Source: an uncultured delta proteobacterium (GTDB taxonomy: Bacteria; Myxococcota; Myxococcia; Myxococcales; Myxococcaceae). Taken from it: a stretch of DNA of 64,000 nucleotides. The translations under genes were made by a program, and so were the position numbers. The stretch covers positions 32,001 through 96,000 of the forward strand of contig CAVZMH010000020.1 of assembly GCA_963776345.1 (NCBI GenBank), read 5' to 3'. The notes beneath the pieces are model-generated. The model was given only the letters and a program-made list of their open reading frames with translations. It was not told the origin of the DNA and searched no databases. Shown here piece after piece: positions 41,558 through 51,258 of this stretch; the first letter of the stretch is position 1, and every line of letters begins with the position of its first letter.

Positions 41558-42640
41558 ATGGGCCAGGTCGTGACGGTGCTCGCGCTGCTCCTCTCCGGCC
41601 TGGCCCGGGCCGAGGCGCCCGGCCTCGCGGTCCAGGTGCTCGGCTCCGGCGGACCGCGCCCCTCCGCGCAGGCCTCGAGCGGGACGCTGATCCTGGTGGA
41701 CGGGGTGGCGCGCATTCTGGTGGACGCCGGCCCCGGGACATTGCTTCGGGCCGGAGAATCCCAGGTGGACCTGTCGCAGCTCGACACGGTGCTCCTCACC
41801 CACCTGCACACGGACCACTCGGTCGAGCTGCCCTCGTTCGCGACGGTGCGCTCACTCGATGGCCGCGGCACGACGCGCCTGCGGGTCGTCGGCCCGGACG
41901 GGAACGCCGCGTTCCCGTCCACCCGCGCATTCGTCTCGGCCCTGCTCGGACCGCAGGGCGCGTTCCGTTACGTGCGGCACTTCGGGGCCGAGCTCACCAT
42001 CGAGGCGATGGACGTCCCGGCGGGTCCGCGGGCTGCGCCGAAGCAGCTCGCGCTCGGCGAGGGTCTCGTCGTCACCGCGCGGGGTCACCACCACGGGGAC
42101 GCACCGGCGGTTGCCTACCGCATCGAGCACGCCGGCAAGACGGTCGTCCTCACCGGCGACGTGGACCCGTCCGGACTCTCCTCCGTGGAGCAGCTCGCGT
42201 CGGGGGCGGACCTCCTGGTCATCAGCTGCTCGGTCCTGGACCCACCGGACTCGCCGCCGGGGCTGTACGAGCGCCACAGCCCACCGTCGGCGATCGGCCG
42301 GACGGCCGCGCGCGCCCGGGTGAAGGCGCTGCTCTGCACGCATCTGCCGCCGGCGGTGAGGGCGCATTCGGATGCGCTCCGGCGCTCGCTCGCCGCGGGC
42401 TTCCCGGGCCCGGTCACGCTGGCCACGGACGGGCTCGTCGTCCCGGTCGCTCCGGCGGGCGCGCCTGTCGGCCCGTGCCAGACGGACGCGGACTGCTCGC
42501 CGGCCCAGTCGTGTCTCTCGAGCGGCAGCCGGAGGGCGTGCGTCGCGGACTGCCGGAAGACGGGCTGCGGCGGGGGAGGAAGATGCGTCGAGGTGCACGA
42601 GTGCCGGATGGGTCCGTGCCCATGGGTCTGCGAGCGCTGA
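41558..42640 (+). CDS. Secreted MBL-fold hydrolase (RNase Z/arylsulfatase-like) with Cys-rich C-terminal module
   Basis: Signal peptide, VLGSGGP, LVDAGPG, THLHTDH, TGD, THL. Confidence 0.85.
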   Translation: MGQVVTVLALLLSGLARAEAPGLAVQVLGSGGPRPSAQASSGTLILVDGVARILVDAGPGTLLRAGESQVDLSQLDTVLLTHLHTDHSVELPSFATVRSLDGRGTTRLRVVGPDGNAAFPSTRAFVSALLGPQGAFRYVRHFGAELTIEAMDVPAGPRAAPKQLALGEGLVVTARGHHHGDAPAVAYRIEHAGKTVVLTGDVDPSGLSSVEQLASGADLLVISCSVLDPPDSPPGLYERHSPPSAIGRTAARARVKALLCTHLPPAVRAHSDALRRSLAAGFPGPVTLATDGLVVPVAPAGAPVGPCQTDADCSPAQSCLSSGSRRACVADCRKTGCGGGGRCVEVHECRMGPCPWVCER

Positions 42641-42757
42641 CGGACGCATCAGCGACGCGCGGAGCGTTCGACAACCAGCGCTACTTCGGCCAGGAGTGCG
42701 TGCCAGCCAGCTGAACTCGCCGCCGGGCCGTCCTAGACTTCCCCAGCGAGGCGGACG

Positions 42758-43477
42758 ATGCGCTCGGTTCGCTCGGTCATCGTGGTGCTCTTGCTCGGAG
42801 GCATCGCCGGCGCCGGCGGCCCTGACGCCGGCCCTGCGCCGGACCGCCGCGCCGCCGAGCGGCTGCAGATGGTCGAGCGGTACATCGCGTCCGAGGGGAT
42901 CCGCGACCCGGCCACACTCCAGGCGATGCGGACCGTCCCTCGCCACGAGTTCGTGCCCCCGGGGCTGGTGGGCGTGGCCTACGAGAACCGCCCGCTGCCC
43001 ATCGGCCTCGGTCAGACCATCTCCCAGCCGTACATCGTGGCCTACCAGACCGAGGTCGTCCGCCCCCGCGAGGGCCTCAAGGTGCTCGAGGTGGGGACGG
43101 GCTCGGGCTACCAGGCCGCCGTCCTCGCCGCCGCCGGAGCGCGGGTCTACACGATGGAGATCTTCGCCGAGCTGGCCACCACCGCGCGGCAACGCCTGGA
43201 GCGGCTGGGCTACCGCGCGACCGTGCGCCACGGCGACGGCAACCTGGGCTGGCCGGAGGAGGCCCCCTTCGACGCCATCGTGGTCACCGCCGCGGCCTCC
43301 CACGTCCCTCCGGCGCTGATCGAGCAGCTCAAGCCCGGGGGACGGATGGTCATCCCGGTGGGGAGCATGTTCGGCGCCCAGAATCTGCTCCAGGTCGACA
43401 AGGACGCCTCCGGCACGGTGCGAACCCGCATCCTGCTCCCGGTCGCCTTCGTGCCGATGCTGAGCGGCCTCCGGTGA
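42758..43477 (+). CDS. pcm: Protein-L-isoaspartate O-methyltransferase
   Basis: VPRHEFV, GQTISQPYIVA, VLEVGTGSGYQAA, APFDAIVVTAA, FVP; signal-like N-terminus. Confidence 0.95.
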   Translation: MRSVRSVIVVLLLGGIAGAGGPDAGPAPDRRAAERLQMVERYIASEGIRDPATLQAMRTVPRHEFVPPGLVGVAYENRPLPIGLGQTISQPYIVAYQTEVVRPREGLKVLEVGTGSGYQAAVLAAAGARVYTMEIFAELATTARQRLERLGYRATVRHGDGNLGWPEEAPFDAIVVTAAASHVPPALIEQLKPGGRMVIPVGSMFGAQNLLQVDKDASGTVRTRILLPVAFVPMLSGLR

Positions 43478-45871
43478 GCTCGCCGGAGCAGCGGGGGCTG
43501 ACGACCCGGTGGTCACGCTGCTCTCCGCCGCCACGACCGCGTACGAGATCCTCCTGGTCCGCCTCTTCGGCGTGGAGCAGTTCCACCACTTCGCCACGAT
43601 GGCGATCGGCGTCGCGCTTCTCGGGCTCGGCGCCAGCGGCACGCTGGGCGCCCTCCTTCCGCCGGCAGACGCTGGGGCGGCGGGACGCCGGCTCCGCGTC
43701 GCCGCGATCGCCACCGCGCTGGCCCTGGTCGCCTCGCCCTGGCTCTCCCACCGGGTGAACGTCGAGCCGACCCAGCTGCCCTTCGAGCGGGGCCAGTGGC
43801 TCCGGCTGGCGGTGCTCGTCGCGGGGCTCGCGCTTCCCTTCCTCGCCGGGGGTCTCGCCACCCTGACCGGCTTCGTGCTCGCGCCCGGCCGCACCGGCCG
43901 CCTCTACGGCGCGAGCTTCGCCGGGGGCGCGCTGGGAGTGGCGCTCGCCCTGGTCGTTCTCTTCGTGCTCCCGCCGGCGAGGTCGCTCGTCCTCCCGCCG
44001 GTGCTCGCTGCCCTGGGGGCGATGGCCCTCGGGTGGCGGAGCGTGGCCGGGTCGCTGGCCGCGGTCGGGGGGCTCGTCGGGGCCTGGCTCTTCCTCGGGC
44101 CGGGATGGGACGCTCAGCTCAGCCCGTACAAGAGTCTCCCGCAGCTCTCGGCGCTCCCCGGCGCGCGCCGGGTCGCCGAGCGCTTCAGTCCCCTGGGATG
44201 GGTCCTGGCCATCGAGGCGCCGTCCTTTCACGCCGCGCCCGGCCTGTCGCTGGCCTTCCACGGGAGCTTCCCCCGGCAGACCGCGCTCCTGCTCGACGGA
44301 GACGTCGCCGGGGCGGCCACCGACCTGACCGATCCCGGAGCGGCGGCGCTGGCGGCTGCGCTCCCGACCTCGGTGCCGTACGCGCTGGCCGAGCGCCGTC
44401 GCGTCCTCCTGGTCGGGGTGGGTGATGGGCTCGACCTCGAGGCGGCGCTCGAGTCCGGCGCCGAGCGGGTGATGATGCTGGAGCCAAACCCGGACCTGCT
44501 TCGCCTCGCCCGCGAGCTTGGCCGTCTCAAGTTCTGGCAGGAGGGGCCGCTCGAGGATCGGGTCGGTCAGGCCCGTGCCGTCCTGGCCCGCGGACGGGAA
44601 ACGTTCGATCTCATCTCGCTGGCCCCCGCCACGGGCCACGGAGCCTCGGTGGGCGGGGTTCGCGCCCTGGAGGAGGACTTCCTCCACACGGCCGATGCGT
44701 ACGAGCTCTTCCTGCGCCACCTCGAGCCGGAGGGCGTTCTCTCGGTCACCACCTGGCTGTCGACTCCGCCCCGGGAGAGCGTGCGGACCGTGCTCACGGT
44801 CGGGGAGGCGTTGCGGCGACTCGGCCATCCTCCGGCGCTCAGGCTGATCGTTCTGCGGAGCTGGGGGACGGTCACCGTGCTGGCGCGGCCGGTGGCCTTC
44901 AGCGCCGGGGAGCTGGCGCAGGTGCGTGCTCTGGCCCGTGAGCGCGGGCTCGATCTCGACTGGCCACTGGAGGAGCGCTCCTCCGAGCTCCCGTTCAACG
45001 TGCTCGAGGACACCTCGCTCCGGCAGGCCGCGGCCGTCACCACCCGAACCCCGGAGGACGCGGCCCGCTTCGCGGCGGGGTACCCTTTCGACGTGGCGCC
45101 GGTGGACGACGCGCGGCCCTATCCGCACCACTTCCTGAGGCTGAGGAGCATCCCGGCGCTGGTGCAAGGCGCCCGGGGCTCGTGGCTTCCCTTCGCCGAG
45201 TGGGGCCCGATCGCGATGCTCGCGACGCTGGTGCAGACCGCCCTGGTCGCGATGTTGCTCCTGGTGGTTCCAGTCGCGGTGTGGGGGCGCCGCACCGGAC
45301 GGACCGCTCCGTGGTGGGCGTTGCTTGGGTACTTCGGAGCGCTGGGGTTCGCGTACATGGCGGCGGAGGTCGCGGCCATCCAGCAGCTCGGGCTGCTCCT
45401 CGGTCATCCGGTCTACGCGGTGGCGGGGGTCCTGGTGGTCTTTCTGCTCTGCTCCGGCGTGGGGAGCGCCTGGTCCGACCGGCTCCAGCCCTCGGCGGGC
45501 CGTGGCGCGTGCGTGCTCCTCGCGCTCCTGCTTGCGGGATGGCCGTGGGGCTGCTCGGTCTCGTGCACCGGCTCGAGCCGGTTGCGATGCCAGTCAGGAT
45601 CCTCGCGATCCTGGCCGCCCTGGCTCCAGCGGCCTTCCTGATGGGAGTGCCGTTCGCGCTTGGACTCCGGCGGCTCGCTCCGGAGGGTGGGGCGCTGGCC
45701 TGGGCCTGGGCGTCGAACGGCTTCGCCTCGGTGGTCGCCGCGCCGCTGTCCGCCCTGCTGTCGCTGGAGCTTGGTTCCCGGGTCCTCCTCGCGTCCGCCG
45801 CGGCGGCGTACGCGCTGGCGGGCGCGGTGATCTGGGCGGCGGGACGACAGGGGGCACGCCGCCCGGCGTGA
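43474..45871 (+). CDS. Membrane protein with spermidine-synthase-like SAM domain (frameshifts near 43505 and 45538)
   Basis: YEILL.RLF...FA, LYGASFAG, VLLVGVGDG, YFGALG..YM..EV...LLGHP.Y; C-terminus (AFLMGVPF..GLR...WAWASNG..SV) in another frame. Confidence 0.8.
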
Positions 45872-46062
45872 CTGGCCGGAACAGGCGAGCGGCAACGCGT
45901 CGCTCGCGACTCGAGGGCTGCCGCCTGGACCGAGTGCGTCTCTCACGCCCCCGGCGTGCAGCGAGCCCGAGTCGTCGCATCATCGCCCGGACGGTGCCCC
46001 CCGGGTCGACCGCCTCACCACGTCCCACGGCCCCGGGGGCTCCGCCGGCCCGGCGACTGGAC

Positions 46063-46110
46063 AGGAAACGTACCTGACTATTCCCACGGAGATGATCAGG
46101 TGACTTACCT
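46063..46110. repeat. Degenerate copy of the 16043 palindromic element
   Basis: AGGAAACGTACCTGACTATTCCCACGGAGATGATCAGGTGACTTACCT aligns with AGGAAACTCACCTGTCTATTCCCGCGAAATAGACAGGTGAGTTTCCT. Confidence 0.7.
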
Positions 46111-46144
46111 GACTTTCGAGAGGGTTCCCCGCGCGCGCCCGGGC

Positions 46145-46804
46145 TCAGACGCCGGTCACCAGGCCCACCGGACAGCTGACGCCGGTGCCGCCGATGCCGC
46201 AGTACCCGCCCGGATTCTTGGCCAGGTACTGCTGGTGGTAGTCCTCGGCGTAGAAGAACTCCGGGGCCTGGCGGATCTCGGTGCTGATGCGGCCGTGCCC
46301 GGCGGCGGCGAGGACCTTCTGGTACGCCTCCCGGGAGGCCTCCGCGGCCCGGCGCTGCTCCTCGTCGAAGGTGTAGATGGCGCTCCGGTACTGCGTGCCC
46401 GCGTCGTTGCCCTGGCGCATGCCCTGGGTCGGGTCGTGGCCCTCCCAGAAGGCGCGGAGCAGCTTCTCGTAGCTGGTCACCTTCGGGTCGAACACCACCA
46501 GCACCACCTCGGCGTGCCCGGTGCGGCCGGAGCAGACCTCCTTGTAGGTGGGGTTGGGGGTGAGCCCGCCGGCGTAGCCGACCGCGGTCACCGTCACGCC
46601 GGGCGCCTGCCAGAAGAGCCGCTCGGCGCCCCAGAAGCATCCCATCCCGAACAGGGCCTGCTCCTTGCCCGGCCACGGCCCGACCAGTGGCTGGCCGTTG
46701 ACGAAGTGCCTGTCGGGGACCGGCATCCGCGCGCTCCGGCCCGGGAGGGCCTCGGCGGCGGTGGGGAGGGTCAGCTTGGCGGATCTCGACTCGAAGTAGC
46801 CCAT
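46145..46804 (-). CDS. msrA: Peptide-methionine (S)-S-oxide reductase
   Basis: [39 protein letters not shown]. Confidence 0.97.
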   Translation of the reverse strand: MGYFESRSAKLTLPTAAEALPGRSARMPVPDRHFVNGQPLVGPWPGKEQALFGMGCFWGAERLFWQAPGVTVTAVGYAGGLTPNPTYKEVCSGRTGHAEVVLVVFDPKVTSYEKLLRAFWEGHDPTQGMRQGNDAGTQYRSAIYTFDEEQRRAAEASREAYQKVLAAAGHGRISTEIRQAPEFFYAEDYHQQYLAKNPGGYCGIGGTGVSCPVGLVTGV

Positions 46805-46869
46805 GACTCTCACCTTCTAAGGCGCGCCCCCCGGGCGTGCCAGACTCCCCTGCTACGCGAGGTTCCTCG

Positions 46870-47553
46870 ATGAGGTTACGCACGCTCGGTCCCTACCTGA
46901 TGCTCGTGCCGCCGGCGGTGGCGCTGATCCTCCTCGCCGACCAGTTCCCGTTGCGGATGCCGGTGCACTGGGACGCCGCCGGCAGGCCGAACGGCTTCTT
47001 TCCGCGCACTCCGCTCGCGCTCGCCTTTCCCCTTCTGCTCCTCGGGGGGATCTTGCTCCTGTTCGACGCCATCGCGGCGAGCAGCGGACGGACGGGGCCG
47101 GACTCGGTCGGGGAGGGCGTCCGCCGGCTCCTCGGGCCGATTCGCTGGGTCCTGGCGCTCATGGCGACGCCCGCCGCATTCGCCCCGCTGTGGGGGCCGA
47201 CGCCGGTCCTGGTTGGCGCAGCAGCGCTGGTGGTCGTCGTGGTGGTGCAGATCGCCCGTGCCCCGCGCATCACGCCGGCCAGCGACGATGGATGGCGCGG
47301 CGGACTGTTCTACGTGAACGCCGCGGATCCGCGGCTGCTGGTGCCGAAGCGCTCGGGGTACGGCTGGACCTTCAACTTCGCGCGCCCCCTCGCGTGGGTG
47401 TTGCTCGCCGTCCTGATACTCGGGCCTCTCCTGGTCGTGCTCCTCGTGGGGCTCGGCCGCCTCCCAGCGTTGAAAGCGTTGAAAGCGTTGGGCAGCGGGC
47501 TGCGGATCCATCAGCCAGTTGCATCTGGCGTCGTCGCTCCGGAAACCTGGTAG
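46870..47553 (+). CDS. DUF1648/DUF5808 membrane protein
   Basis: [12 protein letters not shown] (DUF1648); [24 protein letters not shown] (DUF5808). Confidence 0.8.
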   Translation: MRLRTLGPYLMLVPPAVALILLADQFPLRMPVHWDAAGRPNGFFPRTPLALAFPLLLLGGILLLFDAIAASSGRTGPDSVGEGVRRLLGPIRWVLALMATPAAFAPLWGPTPVLVGAAALVVVVVVQIARAPRITPASDDGWRGGLFYVNAADPRLLVPKRSGYGWTFNFARPLAWVLLAVLILGPLLVVLLVGLGRLPALKALKALGSGLRIHQPVASGVVAPETW

Positions 47554-47579
47554 CCGGAACATTCTCCGGAGGGAGGGCC

Positions 47580-48107
47580 ATGGGCTGGGCAGACGGGCTG
47601 GGTCAGGTGCTGCAGAACGTGCTGGGTGGCAATGCCTCGGAGGCGGACGTCCACGCGGCCTTCGACAAGGTCGCCGGCGCGGCGCCCCACGGGGCGCTCG
47701 CCGAGGGGATCAGTCATGTCTTCAACTCGGACCAGACACCGCCCTTCGAGCAGATGGTGGGCGGGCTCTTCGGGCAATCCTCGCCGGACCAGAAGGCGGC
47801 GCTCCTGAACCAGGTGCTGTCCAGCCTCGGCCCGGCCGCGAGCCAGGTGCTCGGGGGCGCGGGTGGTCTCGGCGGGCTCGGGGGCCTCGCCAGCGTGCTC
47901 CAGGGCGGAGGGACGGTGTCCGCGGCCCAGGCGCAACAGGTCTCGCCGCAGGTGGTCGAGGGCCTCGCCGCGAAGGCGCGGGAGATCAACCCGGGCATCG
48001 TCGACGCGATCTCGGGCTTCTACGCGAAGAACCCGGCGCTGGTGAAGGCCATCGGCGCCGGCGCGCTGGCGCTGCTGATGTCGAAGCTCTCCAAGGGAGG
48101 CCGTTGA
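47580..48107 (+). CDS. Hypothetical Gly/Ala-rich protein
   Basis: GGAGGG RBS, GC3-rich ORF, DQTPPFEQMV..LF.QS motif. Confidence 0.7.
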   Translation: MGWADGLGQVLQNVLGGNASEADVHAAFDKVAGAAPHGALAEGISHVFNSDQTPPFEQMVGGLFGQSSPDQKAALLNQVLSSLGPAASQVLGGAGGLGGLGGLASVLQGGGTVSAAQAQQVSPQVVEGLAAKAREINPGIVDAISGFYAKNPALVKAIGAGALALLMSKLSKGGR

Positions 48108-49090
48108 TGCGCGGCTCGCTGCGTGCGTCGGTGCTGCTGCTCGCGCTGTCCGTGGTCCTCCCGCGTCTGGCGCTCGCCGACGACGCGGCCGAGGTCACCT
48201 GCAAGGACGGGACGAAGAGCAAGGGCGGGAGCGGTGCATGCAGCGGCCACGGCGGCGTGGACAAGAGCGCCTCGAAGGCCAAGAGCGAGCCGAAGCCCAA
48301 GAGCGAGAGCAAGGCTAAGAGCAAGAGCGAGAAGAGCAAGTCCGCTGCGTCCGCCGAGGCCGCGCCGGCCACGGCGAGCGCCGGCGAGGCCGGCGAGACC
48401 GAGGTCACCTGCAAGGACGGGACGAAGAGCAAGGGCGGGAGCGGCGCGTGCAGCGGCCACGGCGGCGTGGACAAGAGCGCCTCGAAGGCCAAGAGCGAGA
48501 AGAGCGAGTCGAAGAGCAAGAGCGCGTCCTCGTCCAAGTCGAAGAGCATGTCCGCTCCGTCGGCCGAGGCCGCGCCCGGCGCGGCGAGCGCCGGCGAGGG
48601 TGGCGAGACCGAGGTCACTTGCAAGGACGGGACGAAGAGCAGGGGCGGAAGCGGCGCGTGCAGCGGGCACGGCGGCGTGGACAAGTCGGGCGGAGCCGCT
48701 GCGTCCACCTCGAAGTCGAAGAGCGCTCCGGCGGCCGAGGCTGCGGCGCCCGCTGCGGCGAGCGCCGGCGCGGCCGAGGTGACGTGCAAGGACGGCACGA
48801 AGAGCAAGGGCGGAAGCGGCGCCTGCAGCGGGCACGGCGGCGTGGACAAGTCGGGCGGAGCGGCTGCGGCGAGCGCGGCGGCCCCGGCGGCGGCTCCTGC
48901 GCCCGCGGCTCCGATAGCTCCGGCAGCAGTGCCCGCTCCGACGAAGACCACCAGCGCTCCCGCCGAGGAAGGCGGGCCGGCGACGGCGAAGTGCAAGGAC
49001 GGGACGCTCAGCTACTCCAAGCACCACACCGGCACGTGCTCGAACCACGGCGGCGTCGCGGAGTGGCTCGACGGCTCGCAGGCGCACTGA
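48107..49090 (+). CDS. Secreted protein with five DUF3761-like CKDG...CS.HGGV modules
   Basis: Signal peptide; 4x EVTCKDGTKS(K/R)GGSGACSGHGGVDKS plus C-terminal AKCKDGTLSYSKHHTGTCSNHGGVAEW. Confidence 0.8.
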   Translation: MRGSLRASVLLLALSVVLPRLALADDAAEVTCKDGTKSKGGSGACSGHGGVDKSASKAKSEPKPKSESKAKSKSEKSKSAASAEAAPATASAGEAGETEVTCKDGTKSKGGSGACSGHGGVDKSASKAKSEKSESKSKSASSSKSKSMSAPSAEAAPGAASAGEGGETEVTCKDGTKSRGGSGACSGHGGVDKSGGAAASTSKSKSAPAAEAAAPAAASAGAAEVTCKDGTKSKGGSGACSGHGGVDKSGGAAAASAAAPAAAPAPAAPIAPAAVPAPTKTTSAPAEEGGPATAKCKDGTLSYSKHHTGTCSNHGGVAEWLDGSQAH

Positions 49091-49125
49091 CCCGGGCTGG
49101 CGACGAGCGCCGGCCGACCTGATCG

Positions 49126-49554
49126 CTAGCGAATCGGATCGACGAGTCGGAGGCCGTCGAAGCGCGTGAAGTCGCGGTCGGTGGTGGCGAGCGCGGCGCC
49201 GTGCTCGATGGCCAGCGCTGCGAGATGGGCATCGGACACCAGAGGTCCACGCGCCTGGCTCGCCGAGAGAAGACCGACCAGGATCTCCCAGTGGCCCGGC
49301 CCCGGGCCGGGCACGACGACGCACGGAACCTCCAGCCAGGAGGAGACGATCTCCGTCGCCTCCGCGATGGAGAGAGGACGGGTCAGGACGCGGGGGTTGG
49401 TCGAGATCCGCACGAAGGCCAGGAGCACCGCCCACGGAAGCCCGACCGGGGCGGAGCCCGAGAATTGCTCCTCGAGCCACGAGCGCGCGCCCCGGTGGCG
49501 GCGGGAGGTCGCGTCGTAGGCGTACAGGAGGAGATTGGCGTCGACGATCGTCAA
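49126..49554 (-). CDS. vapC: VapC PIN-domain toxin
   Basis: IVDANLLLYA, F.RI.TNPR, DAHLAALAIEHG..L.T.DRDF.RF. Confidence 0.92.
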   Translation of the reverse strand: MTIVDANLLLYAYDATSRRHRGARSWLEEQFSGSAPVGLPWAVLLAFVRISTNPRVLTRPLSIAEATEIVSSWLEVPCVVVPGPGPGHWEILVGLLSASQARGPLVSDAHLAALAIEHGAALATTDRDFTRFDGLRLVDPIR

Positions 49555-49797
49555 CGGTGCGACGGCCCCTCGACCTGCTTCGAGCAGCCCGCCGATGTCG
49601 TCGTACTCGAGCCCGGGGCGAAGCCCGAGGTCCCGCGGCTTCACCCGGAACGGTGCGCGCGTGCCGGTGCGTCGAGCGTTGAGAGCGAAACGCAGGAGCT
49701 CGTTGACCACCTGCTTGAACGGACGTCCCGACTTCCGGGCCTCGCTCTGCACCCGCGCGGCGACGTCCTCCTCGAGCGTGAGCGTCGTCCTTGGCAC
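49551..49797 (-). CDS. vapB: VapB-type RHH antitoxin (appears fused to vapC through a probable extra base at ~49579)
   Basis: RTTLTLEEDV...FKQVVNELLR; removing one A gives ...LEQVEGPSHR* with TTGA overlap to vapC. Confidence 0.85.
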
Positions 49798-49831
49798 ATC
49801 AAGATGCTATTGAGAGGCATCATGATGTCAA
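49797..49831 (-). promoter_or_regulatory. Sigma70-type promoter of vapBC with two palindromic operator boxes
   Basis: TTGACA (49831-49826), 16 nt, TAGCAT (49809-49804); CATCAAGATG at 49797 and CATCATGATG at 49818. Confidence 0.7.
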
Positions 49832-50121
49832 CGACCCCGCAGCGCGTCGGCGAGCACGGCCGCCTCGTTCGCCCGGAAGCGAGCCTCGGTCCTGAGCGAG
49901 GGAGGGGTCCCGGATCGCTCCTCGGTCCCGGTCCAGAGCGTCCGGCGGCGCTCGCACTCCGCGACGCAGGCCAGCCGCTCCTGCCGGACCGCGGTCCGGA
50001 GCGCCGTCTCCAGGCGGTGCGCCAGGTCCTCGACGCTGGCTCTGCCCAGCGAGGGATGAGCGCGGAGGATGTCCGCGGCGATCATCCCCGCGAGCGCGGT
50101 GAGCGAGAATTCCTGCTCCAC
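49828..50121 (-). CDS. Small hypothetical protein
   Basis: GGAGG RBS upstream; 97 aa ending RANEAAVLADALRGR. Confidence 0.6.
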   Translation of the reverse strand: MEQEFSLTALAGMIAADILRAHPSLGRASVEDLAHRLETALRTAVRQERLACVAECERRRTLWTGTEERSGTPPSLRTEARFRANEAAVLADALRGR

Positions 50122-51177
50122 GGCCTGCCTCCTTCCGGTCCGTGGCCAGCGAGGACGCGCTGGAGCACGGCCTGCATCGCGGCGGACACGCCGAGCGTCT
50201 CAATCTCCCCGGCAGTCGCCCAGCGCGCCCCGTCCGGGGGCTCGAGACGCTCGACCTCGTAGATCTCGAAGCGTGAGCGCGCGGTGGGTCAAGGTCCGCT
50301 CCACGCGCCCGAGCGGGCGGAGCGCCTCGCCCATCTCCGGCCAGCGGGCGCGCAGCGCCTCGACCTCGCTGCCCGGCGCGCACTCGACGCCCGGGAGCTC
50401 CCAGAGCCCGCCGAAGAGTCCCGTCCCGTGACGGCGGACGAGGAGCACCGCCTCGCCCTTCCGCGCCGCCGCCACGGCGAGATGCAGCGCCCGGCGGGCA
50501 GTGCGGACCTTCGGCGCGGGGATGTCCGCCACCCGGCCGGTGGCGAGGGCGACGCAATGGGCCCGCACCGGGCAGAGGAGGCACGTCGGCTGCTCGGGCC
50601 GGCACACGGTCGCGCCGAGCTCCATCAGCGCCTGGTTCCAGTCGCCCGGGCGCTCGCCCTGGACCAGCGCCTCGGCCAGGGCCCACAGCGCCTTCTCGCG
50701 CCCGGCGTCTCCCGTCGCCCCCTCGATGCCGAACAGCCGGGCGAGCACCCGCGCCACGTTCCCGTCGACGAGCGGGACCTCGCGCCGGAAGGCGATCGAG
50801 GCCACCGCACCCACCGTGTACCGTCCGAAACCGGGCAGGGCGCGGAGCGCCTCCACGTCGTCGGGGAGCTGGCCCCCGTGTCGCTCGACGACGGCCTGCG
50901 CCGCCCGGTGGAGATTGCGCGCCCGCGCGTAGTAGCCGAGCCCGCGCCACGCGGCGAGCACCTGGTCCAGGCTCGCCCGGGCCAGCGCGCCCACGTCGGG
51001 GAAGCGGGCGAGGAACGCGGTCCAGTACGGAAGCACCACCGAGACCTGGGTCTGCTGGAGCATCACCTCGCTCACCCAGATGCCGTAGGGGTCGCGGGTG
51101 CGCCGCCAGGGGAGATCCCGGGCCTGCGCGTCGTACCAGCCGAGCAGCGCGGAGCGGAGCTCGGTGGGCGCCGGCAC
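50082..51177 (-). CDS. mutY: A/G-specific adenine glycosylase (frameshift at ~50269)
   Basis: RDLPWRRTRDPY.IWVSEVMLQQT, GLGYYARARNL, HhH LPGFGRYT, VDGNV, Fe-S C.P..P.C..CP....C. Confidence 0.95.
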
Positions 51178-51258
51178 GCTCGCTCGCCGCGTACGCCGCC
51201 CCGGCCTCGTTCGCCCCCCGCTGACAGGGGCCCGGGCTACAGTCCTCTTCGAGCCGAG

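Noticed and set aside
47466..47491. AGCGTTGAA x3 microsatellite as a phase-variation switch
   Set aside because: The 9-bp unit keeps the frame and lies in a non-conserved C-terminal tail
49126..49797. Natural 223-aa antitoxin-toxin fusion protein
   Set aside because: Removing one A restores a normal vapB end and TTGA overlap; same CTCGAAG error pattern as in metH and mutY
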